Shown here one piece after another: positions 26,438 through 33,815 of a DNA stretch of 39,862 bases. The notes under the pieces are model-generated. The model was not told the DNA's origin, ran no database searches, and saw only the letters and a program-made list of their open reading frames with translations. The stretch is from Candidatus Benthicola azotiphorus (GTDB lineage: Bacteria > Gemmatimonadota > Gemmatimonadetes > Palauibacterales > Palauibacteraceae), in NCBI GenBank assembly GCA_947581745.1, contig CANPVW010000255.1, forward strand, positions 1 through 39,862, given 5' to 3'. Numbering within the stretch: position 1 is the first letter of the stretch; each line of letters starts with the position of its first letter. The position numbers and the translations under genes were made by a program.

Positions 26438-26473
26438 CTTCCTCCGATCTCCGGTCCCGGCCGTGCGGTCAGC

Positions 26474-26503
26474 TTGACCTTCCGAGGCGGAACACTCTAA
26501 CCT
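26474..26503 (+). promoter_or_regulatory. Candidate promoter for the molybdoenzyme operon: TTGACC-N18-TAACCT
   Basis: TTGACC at 26474-26479, an 18-nt spacer, then TAACCT at 26498-26503. It lies about 50 nt upstream of the ATG at 26553. Confidence 0.4.
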
Positions 26504-26552
26504 CGTGACCGGATCGACGCACCCTTTCAAGGCGCCTTCACACGGTCGAGAC

Positions 26553-27068
26553 ATGCGCGAGACCCTGAGCCTGACAGTCAATGGCGACCTCATCGAGACG
26601 AGCGCGCCGACGCACTATACCCTGCTGGAGACGTTGCGTTACATCCTGGGGCTGACGGGGAGCAAGCAGGGGTGCGACAAGGGCGACTGCGGGGCCTGCA
26701 CCGTGCTGCTGGACGGCGAAGCGATCCTCTCGTGCATCCTCCCCGTTCAGGAGGCGGCGGGCCGCTCGGTGGTGACGGTGGAAGGGCTGGCCGGCGGTCC
26801 GCGGCCCAGTCCGCTCCAGGACGCCCTGGACCTGACCGGAGGGGCGCAGTGCGGCTTCTGCACTCCGGGCATTCTGTGCAGCGCGACCCAGCTGCTGGCC
26901 GGGAACGGCTCCCCGACGCGCGACGAGATCGAGCACGCCCTGTCCGGGAACCTGTGCCGGTGCACTGGCTACACCAAGATCTTCGAGGCGGTAGAGCTGG
27001 CCGCAGCCGCTTGCCGCTCCGGCCGCACGGCGGGCGAGGTGCTGGCCGCGCGCGCGGAAGGAGGGTGA
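26553..27068 (+). CDS. [2Fe-2S]-binding small subunit of a xanthine-oxidase-family molybdoenzyme (CoxS/HcrC-like)
   Basis: Plant-type cluster motif GCDKGDCGACTV...SC and second cluster motif CGFCTPG...CRCTGY. Confidence 0.92.
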   Translation: MRETLSLTVNGDLIETSAPTHYTLLETLRYILGLTGSKQGCDKGDCGACTVLLDGEAILSCILPVQEAAGRSVVTVEGLAGGPRPSPLQDALDLTGGAQCGFCTPGILCSATQLLAGNGSPTRDEIEHALSGNLCRCTGYTKIFEAVELAAAACRSGRTAGEVLAARAEGG

Positions 27069-27198
27069 GCATCGTGAGACGTTACGTGCCGCTGTGTCTC
27101 GTGGGCGCCCCCGCGGGAACCCTCGGAGCGGCCGCCCTGCCCGCCCGGGTGAGCGAACGCTCTCTCACCGGCTCCACTCGTCGACCGTCGCCCACTTC

Positions 27199-27216
27199 CG
27201 TGACCTGCGTGTCACG
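27199..27216. promoter_or_regulatory. Inverted repeat CGTGAC-N6-GTCACG just upstream of the Mo-subunit start
   Basis: Perfect 6-bp arms at 27199-27204 and 27211-27216, 18 nt before the ATG at 27235. It sits inside an unusually long 166-nt spacer between two subunit genes. Confidence 0.25.
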
Positions 27217-27234
27217 TACGCCGATTGAAATCCC

Positions 27235-29637
27235 ATGCATCCCGATGAGCTGAACGCCCTGCAGCGGGCGGCCGCAGACGATCCCGGGATCGCGGGGTTC
27301 CCCGGACCGGACGGCCTGCGGGTGCTCGGCCGGCGCAACCGGAAGCCCGAGGGGCTGCGTAAGAACACCGGCGCCGAAGCGTACACGGACGATCTGGCCC
27401 TCCCCGGAATGCTGCATGCCAAGTTGCTCAGGAGCCCGCACCCGCATGCACAGATAGTGTCGATCGACACTCAACACGCGACACGAATCGTCGGTGTTCA
27501 CGCGGTCATCACGGGAGAGGACCTTCCGACGAAGTACGGGATCATTCCGTGGACGCGGGACGAGCAGGCTCTCGCGGTGGACAAGGTGCGATACGTGGGG
27601 GACGCCGTGGCCTGCGTGGCGGCGGTGGACGAAGACACCGCGAACGCGGCGCTGGAGGCGATCGAGGTGGAGTACGAGGTGCTGCCCTTCTACCTGGAGC
27701 CGGAGCAGGCGTTGACGGCAGAGGCCGCGGCGGTGCCGATCCACGGTCCAAAGCGCGAGGGACGGAACGGAAACGTCACGAAACACGTGGAGCTCGAGTT
27801 CGGGCCGGTGGACGACTTGATGGCGGCGGCCGACGTGGTCGTGGAAGGGGACTACTACTTCCACGGCACGACGCACGCGCCGATCGAGCCGCACTGCGCG
27901 ATCGGTCACGTGGACGCCGACGGCCTGCTCACGGTGTGGTCTTCCACCCAGGTGCCGCATTACCTGCAGCGCGAGCTGGCGCGGGTCCTGGGGCTGGACG
28001 TCGCGCGGGTGCGGGTCGTGCAACCTGCCGTGGGCGGAGCCTTCGGAGGCAAGTCGGAGCCCTTCGACCTCGAATTCTGCGTCGCCCTGCTGGCCCTGAG
28101 GACGGGACGGCCGGTGAAGCTCCTGTACACGAGGGAGGAGTTGTTCTACTCCCACCGCGGTCGCCACCCGATGCGGATGTGGTACCGGGTCGGAGCGTCG
28201 CGGGACGGGAAGCTGAAGGCAGTGGACGCCCGCTCGCTGCTGGACGGCGGGGCGTACGCCTCGTTCGGCCTCGTCACGACCTACTACAGCGGGCAGCTCC
28301 TGACGGCGCCCTACGAGCTGGAGTCGTACCGGTTCGACTCGACGCGCGTGTACACCAACAAGCCGCCGTGCGGCCCGAAGCGGGGGCACGGGTCGGTGCA
28401 GCCCCGCTTCGCGTTCGAGATCTCGCTCGACAAGCTGGCCGCCGAGCTGGGCCTGGATCCGATCGAGCTGCGGCGCCGCAACTTCATGGGCACCGGGCGG
28501 ACGGTGAACGAGTTCCGGGTGCAGTCGAACGGCTTCCTTGAGTGCCTCGAGGCGGTGGAGAGGGCCAGCGGCTGGAAGGAGAAACACCGCAAGCTGCCTT
28601 ACGGCCGGGGGGTAGGGGTCGCCGGCTCTTGCTACATCTCGGGCACCAACTACCCGATCTACCCGAACGACATGCCGCAGGCCGCCGTGCAGGTGCAGGT
28701 GGAGCGCTCGGGGCGGGTGAGCGTGCTGCACGGCGCCTCCGAGATCGGACAGGGGTCGGACGCCACGATGGCGGCGATCGCGGCGGAGGAGCTGGGCGTG
28801 CCGCTCGGCTACGTGAGGGTCCTGTCCGCCGACACGGACATCGTGCCGGTGGACCTGGGCGCCTACTCGTCACGCGAGACCCTGATGGTCGGAAACGCCT
28901 GCGTGAGCGCGTGCCGCCAGGTGGCGGAGCGGGTCCGGGGCAGTGTCGGGTCGGCGCTCGGCATCCCTCCGGAGCGGGTGCGGCTCGCCGGCGGCTGGGC
29001 GTTCGACGCGGAAGAGCCGACCCGGGACGATCGCCGCCTGCCGATCGCCGCGGCGTTTCAGATCGCGGAAGCGGAGCATGGAACGCTCGGAGCGATCGGA
29101 CATTACAACACGCCCAAGGAAGGGGTGCACGGGGAGTACCGGGGAGGGACGATAGGCGCCTCGCCGGCCTACAGCTTCACGGCGCACGTCGCCGAGGTGG
29201 AGGTGGACCCGGAGACCGGTTTCGTGGACGTGAAGACGATCTGGGTGGCGCACGACTGCGGAAAGGCCCTCAACCCGATGCTGGTCGAGGCGCAGATGGA
29301 AGGCTCGGCGTACATGGGGTTCGCGGAAGCGATCTTCGAGCACCAGGTCATGAAGCGCGGAAACCCGGAGGGCGGCCTGCACGACGCGCCGTCGCTGCTC
29401 GACTACCGGATCCCGACCTCGCGCGATTGCCCGGAGTTCGTGTCGCTGATCGTGGAGTCGGCGGACCCGGAGGGGCCGTACGGGGCGAAGGAAGCGGGCG
29501 AGGGGCCGCTACACCCGTCGCTCCCGGCGATCGCGAACGCGATCTGGGATGCGGTCGGGGTTCGGATGGACGCGCTCCCGTTCACGCCGGATCGCGTGTG
29601 GCGGGCGCTTCGGGATCACTCCGCGCGGTCGGCCTGA
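27235..29637 (+). CDS. Molybdopterin-binding large subunit of a xanthine-oxidase-family enzyme (CoxL/HcrA-like; not a form-I CO dehydrogenase)
   Basis: 800 aa. Motifs GLRKNTGAEAYTDD, QPAVGGAFGGK and GAKEAGEGPL (active-site Glu region). The VAYRCSFR loop of form-I CODH is absent. Confidence 0.92.
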   Translation: MHPDELNALQRAAADDPGIAGFPGPDGLRVLGRRNRKPEGLRKNTGAEAYTDDLALPGMLHAKLLRSPHPHAQIVSIDTQHATRIVGVHAVITGEDLPTKYGIIPWTRDEQALAVDKVRYVGDAVACVAAVDEDTANAALEAIEVEYEVLPFYLEPEQALTAEAAAVPIHGPKREGRNGNVTKHVELEFGPVDDLMAAADVVVEGDYYFHGTTHAPIEPHCAIGHVDADGLLTVWSSTQVPHYLQRELARVLGLDVARVRVVQPAVGGAFGGKSEPFDLEFCVALLALRTGRPVKLLYTREELFYSHRGRHPMRMWYRVGASRDGKLKAVDARSLLDGGAYASFGLVTTYYSGQLLTAPYELESYRFDSTRVYTNKPPCGPKRGHGSVQPRFAFEISLDKLAAELGLDPIELRRRNFMGTGRTVNEFRVQSNGFLECLEAVERASGWKEKHRKLPYGRGVGVAGSCYISGTNYPIYPNDMPQAAVQVQVERSGRVSVLHGASEIGQGSDATMAAIAAEELGVPLGYVRVLSADTDIVPVDLGAYSSRETLMVGNACVSACRQVAERVRGSVGSALGIPPERVRLAGGWAFDAEEPTRDDRRLPIAAAFQIAEAEHGTLGAIGHYNTPKEGVHGEYRGGTIGASPAYSFTAHVAEVEVDPETGFVDVKTIWVAHDCGKALNPMLVEAQMEGSAYMGFAEAIFEHQVMKRGNPEGGLHDAPSLLDYRIPTSRDCPEFVSLIVESADPEGPYGAKEAGEGPLHPSLPAIANAIWDAVGVRMDALPFTPDRVWRALRDHSARSA

Positions 29638-29662
29638 GCCGGGCGCAACGGGAGGACAAGGC

Positions 29663-30211
29663 ATGACGCCTGACGGACGGACGGAGAGCGCGACGCTGGC
29701 GGGGGGCTGCTTCTGGTGCCTGGACGGTGCGTTCCGGGACCTGCGCGGAGTCATCTCGGTGGAGTCCGGGTACGCGGGCGGCCACGTCCCGGACCCGACG
29801 TACGAACAGGTATGCACGGGGCGGACGGGCCACGCGGAAGTGGTGCGGATCACGTTCCATCCGGACGAGATCTCATACCGGGACCTGCTCGAGGTGTTCT
29901 TTTCGATCCACGACCCCACGACCCTGAACCGGCAGGGGGCGGACGTGGGCACGCAGTACCGCTCGGCCATCTTCTTCCACGACGAAGCACAGCGGGAAGA
30001 AGCGGAGAAGATGGTCGCCGAGCTCGAGGAAGAGCAGGTGTTCGAGGACCCGATAGTGACCGAAGTGACGGAGCTGACCGCCTGGTACCCCGGAGAGGAA
30101 TACCACCAGGACTACTACCGCCGGAACCCCGGACAGGGCTACTGCCAGGTGGTCGTGGCCCCGAAGCTGGCCAAGTTCCGGAAGAAGTACGCCGCGAGGC
30201 TGAAGGACTGA
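29663..30211 (+). CDS. msrA: Peptide-methionine (S)-S-oxide reductase
   Basis: Motifs ATLAGGCFWCLDGAF, GYAGG...PTYEQVCTG.TGHAEVV and YHQDYY. The ATG at 29663 is preceded by GGGAGGA. Confidence 0.93.
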   Translation: MTPDGRTESATLAGGCFWCLDGAFRDLRGVISVESGYAGGHVPDPTYEQVCTGRTGHAEVVRITFHPDEISYRDLLEVFFSIHDPTTLNRQGADVGTQYRSAIFFHDEAQREEAEKMVAELEEEQVFEDPIVTEVTELTAWYPGEEYHQDYYRRNPGQGYCQVVVAPKLAKFRKKYAARLKD

Positions 30212-30218
30212 CCGGCCG

Positions 30219-31343
30219 ATGAAGCAGCCGATCTTCGAGATGGAGCGCTGGCAGTCGCACCACGAGAACCGGGTCGAGTACAACCTCGCGGAGAGCGGGG
30301 TGCAGCCGCTGTCGCTGGCGGAGCTGCTCGAGATAAGCGGAGTGGACCCGTCCGACACGGTGCTCGGTTACGGGCACACCGACGGGAGCCCGGCGCTGCG
30401 CGAGCGGATCGCGGCCCTGTATCCGGGCGCGGGCGCGACCAACGTGGTGGCCACCGTGGGGAGCGCCGAGGCGAACTTCCTCGCCCTGTGGCGGCTGGTA
30501 GAGCCGGGCGACCGGGTGGTCGTGGTGCGCCCGGCGTACGAGCAGACGACGGGTCTCGCGGTCGGGCTGGGCGCCCACCTCGAAACCGTGTGGCTGGAGG
30601 CACGGCGCGGGTGGCACTTCGCCCCGGGGGCGGCGGCCGCCGCGATACGTGATGACACGCGCCTGGTCGTGGTCACGAACCCGAACAACCCGACGGGGCA
30701 GGTGCTGGGGGAGCCGGCGATCGAGGAGATCGTGCGGGCGGCGCAGCGCGTCGGTGCGTGGATCCTGGCCGACGAGGTATACGCGGGCGGCGAGCTTTCG
30801 GGCGCCGCGACCGCCTCGTTGTGGGGCCGGACGGAACGCGTCCTGGTCAGCGCCTCGCTGTCGAAGGCGTACGGGCTGCCGGGGCTTCGACTCGGCTGGC
30901 TCGTGGCGCCGGCGGAGTTCAGGGAAGACCTGTGGGCGCGGAAGGACTACACGACGATCGCGCCTTCCCCCCTGAGCGACCGCCTGGGGGCCGTCGCGCT
31001 CGAGCCGCGCGTGCGCGCAGCGCTCCTGGAGCGCGGGAGGAAGATCCTGCGGGACAACCTGGCCCTGCTGGAGGACTGGGTCGCCGGCCACGACGCGATC
31101 CTCGATCTGCACGCTCCGACCGCCGGCGCGATCGCGTTCCCGCGCTACGACCTGCCGATCGGATCGACCGAACTGGCGGAGCGCCTCCTCGCGGAGCACA
31201 GCGTGCTGATCGTTCCGGGCGACCAGTTCGGGATCGATGGCCACTTCCGGATCGGGTACGGATACACGGACCCCCCTCTCGAAGCCGGCCTTCAGCGCCT
31301 GTCCGCTCTGCTCGAGAAGCTTGCTGCGGTGCGGGCGGGCTGA
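30219..31343 (+). CDS. Class I/II PLP-dependent aminotransferase
   Basis: 374 aa. Motifs VVVTNPNNPTG, and SLSKAYGLPGLRLGW with the PLP lysine. Substrate unknown. Confidence 0.85.
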   Translation: MKQPIFEMERWQSHHENRVEYNLAESGVQPLSLAELLEISGVDPSDTVLGYGHTDGSPALRERIAALYPGAGATNVVATVGSAEANFLALWRLVEPGDRVVVVRPAYEQTTGLAVGLGAHLETVWLEARRGWHFAPGAAAAAIRDDTRLVVVTNPNNPTGQVLGEPAIEEIVRAAQRVGAWILADEVYAGGELSGAATASLWGRTERVLVSASLSKAYGLPGLRLGWLVAPAEFREDLWARKDYTTIAPSPLSDRLGAVALEPRVRAALLERGRKILRDNLALLEDWVAGHDAILDLHAPTAGAIAFPRYDLPIGSTELAERLLAEHSVLIVPGDQFGIDGHFRIGYGYTDPPLEAGLQRLSALLEKLAAVRAG

Positions 31344-31352
31344 GGGGGCCGC

Positions 31353-32336
31353 GTGCTGAGACTTCACCCGTACGAGTACCACCGGCCGCGCACGGTGAAC
31401 GAGGCGATCGCGCTGCTGGCCGAGCACGCCGGCGATGCGATGCCGATCGCGGGCGGGACGGACCTCGTCCCCAACATGAAGCACCGGCTGTTCACCCCGG
31501 GCCACCTGGTGTCCCTGCGTGGCATCGAAGAGATGCGCGGCATCGGGGAGGACGAGGCCGGCTTCACGATCGGTGCGGCGACATCGCTCGACCACGTGGC
31601 GACGGACGAGGCCATCCGGAACGCCCTTCCTTCCCTCGCGCGGGCGTGCTCCCTCGTGTCCGGGCCTCAGCTGCGCCGCATGGGAACCCTCGGGGGCAAC
31701 GTGTGCCTCGACACCCGCTGCACCTACTACAACCAGACGCTGTTCTGGCGGAAGGCGCTCGGCTATTGCCTCAAGAAGGACGGAACGGCGTGTCACGTGG
31801 TGAAGGGCGGGACCCGATGCGTGGCGGCGCATTCAGCCGACGCGGCCACGGCGCTGCTTCCGCTCGACGCCGAGCTGCGCATCGCCGGTCCGGAAGGGGA
31901 GCGGACGACGCCGATCGGCGGCTTCTTCACGTCCGACGGCGTGTGGAACCGGCGCATGAGCCCGGGCGAACTCCTCGTGTCGATTCACGTGCCGCGGCAG
32001 CGAGCCGGTACCCGGCACAGCTTCCAGAAGCTTCGGGCCCGCGACTCGATCGATTTCCCGATGCTCAACCTGGCCGTGCGGGTGGACTTCGAGGCGGACG
32101 GAGTCGTGGCCGGCGTGCAGATGGCCGCTTCGGCGATGGGCAGTTATCCGCGTAAGCTGGGCAAACTGGACGAAGGGGTCGCCGGCGCGCCGCTCACGGA
32201 GTCGGTCGTCGAAGCGCTGGCCCGGGAGGCGTTCCGGCAGTGCCACCCGCTCACCAACATCCCGGTGGATGCCGAATGGCGGCGCGCCATGGTGCCGGTG
32301 CTGGTTCGCCGCGCCATGGTGGAGATCCGCGCCTGA
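31353..32336 (+). CDS. FAD-binding medium subunit of a xanthine-oxidase-family enzyme, carrying an HcrB-like Cys-rich insertion
   Basis: GTG start. Contains the FAD motif PIAGGTDLVPNMK. The inserted loop is NVCLDTRCTYYNQTLFWRKALGYCLKKDGTACHVVKGGTRCVAAH, with Cys at residues 118, 123, 139, 147 and 156. Confidence 0.88.
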   Translation: MLRLHPYEYHRPRTVNEAIALLAEHAGDAMPIAGGTDLVPNMKHRLFTPGHLVSLRGIEEMRGIGEDEAGFTIGAATSLDHVATDEAIRNALPSLARACSLVSGPQLRRMGTLGGNVCLDTRCTYYNQTLFWRKALGYCLKKDGTACHVVKGGTRCVAAHSADAATALLPLDAELRIAGPEGERTTPIGGFFTSDGVWNRRMSPGELLVSIHVPRQRAGTRHSFQKLRARDSIDFPMLNLAVRVDFEADGVVAGVQMAASAMGSYPRKLGKLDEGVAGAPLTESVVEALAREAFRQCHPLTNIPVDAEWRRAMVPVLVRRAMVEIRA

Positions 32337-32383
32337 CACAGGGAACCGGCTGGCCGCGGCCGCCGGTCACTCGCGAGAAAAGC

Positions 32384-32409
32384 GAGGGCCGGGATTTCTC
32401 CCGGCCCTC
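32384..32409. terminator. 11-bp perfect hairpin in a convergent spacer. A T-rich run follows on the minus strand only.
   Basis: GAGGGCCGGGA (32384-32394) pairs with TCCCGGCCCTC (32399-32409) around a TTTC loop. On the minus strand it is followed by GCTTTTCTC. Confidence 0.5.
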
Positions 32410-32420
32410 AACGTCACCTG

Positions 32421-32444
32421 AAAAAACTCCGCCCGGACGGGCGG
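32421..32444 (-). terminator. Canonical rho-independent terminator for the lipoprotein gene ending at 32458
   Basis: Read on the minus strand: CCGCCC-GTCC-GGGCGG, then AG, then TTTTTT (the reverse complement of 32421-32426). Confidence 0.7.
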
Positions 32445-32457
32445 TCCGTCACGGGGC

Positions 32458-33546
32458 CTAGACCCCGATTCCACCAAACGGCTGAAACAGATTCTCGGCG
32501 ATCTCGAACACATCGTCGAGCAGATTGAACAGCTGCAGCAGCGCTGCTACATCCTCGGATGCGAGCGGCTCGCCGTCCGCACGCGTGAACACCGGATCCG
32601 CCTCCGTGCCGCCGATCAGGATCGCCGGAGCGCCGTTGTAGGTGATCACGCCGTCGAGCGTGTTGTCCGACGCGAGCGTCATGTTGAACACCGCCGTGTC
32701 GGAGCCGTTCTGGATCGTGAGCCGGGCCGTGGCCGCGTCCACCGGGTTCTCGCCCGAGAAGTCGAACTCGCCGCCGATCTCGAGGCTCACGCTGACGTCC
32801 TCGCCCGCCAGCGACAGCCAGTAGGAGACATCGAGCCCGATCGTTCCGGTGGAGCCGAGGAACGTCGCCGTCTCCTCGAGCAGGAAGTCCAGCTGCTCCG
32901 AGCCGTCGGACACGTAACCCTCTGCGCTCGCGGTCACGCTGAAGTCCTGGTCGCTGAGGAGCGCGTAGCTCGCCTCTATGAAGTAATCCACGAGGGGCGT
33001 TCCGCCGCTCTCGGCGTAGATTCCGAGTCGCGTCGCAGCGGCATCCCCCTCGTCCGTGAGGTCCAGGAAGCCCACTTCATTCAACGGTTCCGCCGGCTGG
33101 CGCGTGAGCGGATCGATCGCGTACAGGATGAACCGCACGCCGTCGGCCGGGGCGCCCGCACGGGCGGTCGGCTCGTAGCGCCCGAGGTCGAAAGACCATT
33201 CGAACGTGACGCCGAGCAGGTTGCTCGGGAACACGGGCTCCGCAGAAACGCCTGCGGACGCGTAGCCACGCAGCACCTGGGCCGACATCGGTACGGGCGC
33301 GCGGCCGGGCTCGACCGGCATCACCATGGAGACGGCTCCCGCCTGCGCCAGCCCATCCGCCGCGAGGCCGAGGCTCACCAGGATGTCGCTGTCGGAATTC
33401 AGCCGGGCCTGCAGGTTCTCCGTCGCCTGCTCCGTCGCCTGCGGGTCGAAATCACCGCCCGAGGGACCCGTGCCGTTGTCGCTGCACGCCGCCGCGCCGG
33501 CGACGAGCAGGGCCAGAAACGCTGTCCAGCGCAGATTGCGGAACAT
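32458..33546 (-). CDS. Hypothetical lipoprotein
   Basis: The ATG at 33546 is preceded by GGAGGA. The signal and lipobox are MFRNLRWTAFLALLVAGAAACSD. No family recognised. Confidence 0.6.
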   Translation of the reverse strand: MFRNLRWTAFLALLVAGAAACSDNGTGPSGGDFDPQATEQATENLQARLNSDSDILVSLGLAADGLAQAGAVSMVMPVEPGRAPVPMSAQVLRGYASAGVSAEPVFPSNLLGVTFEWSFDLGRYEPTARAGAPADGVRFILYAIDPLTRQPAEPLNEVGFLDLTDEGDAAATRLGIYAESGGTPLVDYFIEASYALLSDQDFSVTASAEGYVSDGSEQLDFLLEETATFLGSTGTIGLDVSYWLSLAGEDVSVSLEIGGEFDFSGENPVDAATARLTIQNGSDTAVFNMTLASDNTLDGVITYNGAPAILIGGTEADPVFTRADGEPLASEDVAALLQLFNLLDDVFEIAENLFQPFGGIGV

Positions 33547-33576
33547 GGGAAATCCTCCGTTACGTCGTTGCCGATT

Positions 33577-33632
33577 CGCGTGAATCACGCGTGAAACGGG
33601 CAAGCGGCGTGCCGCACGTGCACGATGCACGT
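33577..33632. promoter_or_regulatory. Cluster of palindromes and phased direct repeats (candidate operator array) in a divergent spacer
   Basis: A 15-bp perfect palindrome CGCGTGA-A-TCACGCG lies at 33577-33591. CGCGTGAA is repeated at 33577 and 33588, 11 bp apart. CGTGC-C-GCACG lies at 33608-33618 and the palindrome GCACGTGC at 33614-33621. GCACG occurs at 33614, 33620 and 33627. Confidence 0.35.
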
Positions 33633-33748
33633 AACTTGCATGACCACAGTAGCTTCGGGCATTCGTTGGCGTTCGACCTGGTCCCGGCCGGGCGGGAAGT
33701 TCTTGCAGGATCCGCGCATTCCAACGCAGGGCGCCCTCGCGCGCACGC

Positions 33749-33777
33749 TTGACGGGCCGGGGTCCTGATGGGAAGAT
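33749..33777 (+). promoter_or_regulatory. Candidate promoter for pfk: TTGACG-N17-GAAGAT
   Basis: TTGACG at 33749-33754, a 17-nt spacer, then GAAGAT at 33772-33777. It lies about 40 nt upstream of the ATG at 33816. Confidence 0.3.
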
Positions 33778-33815
33778 CCCGCCCGGTGATCGACTTCCCG
33801 TCTCGAAGGTGATGG

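Noticed and set aside
27065-27253. A 62-codon GTG ORF filling the spacer between the 2Fe-2S and Mo subunit genes, with a GTGA overlap onto the upstream stop.
   Set aside because: Third-position GC is visibly lower than in neighbouring genes. No motif is recognisable, and it overlaps the Mo-subunit start by 19 nt. I kept it only as a note inside the spacer finding.
27082-31832. Long minus-strand ORFs 27082..28731 (549 aa) and 29850..31832 (660 aa), and plus-strand shadow ORFs such as 28542..29666 and 30758..32155.
   Set aside because: They overlap the well-supported Mo-subunit, msrA, aminotransferase and FAD-subunit genes in other frames. Their composition is Arg/Pro/Gly-rich with no motifs.
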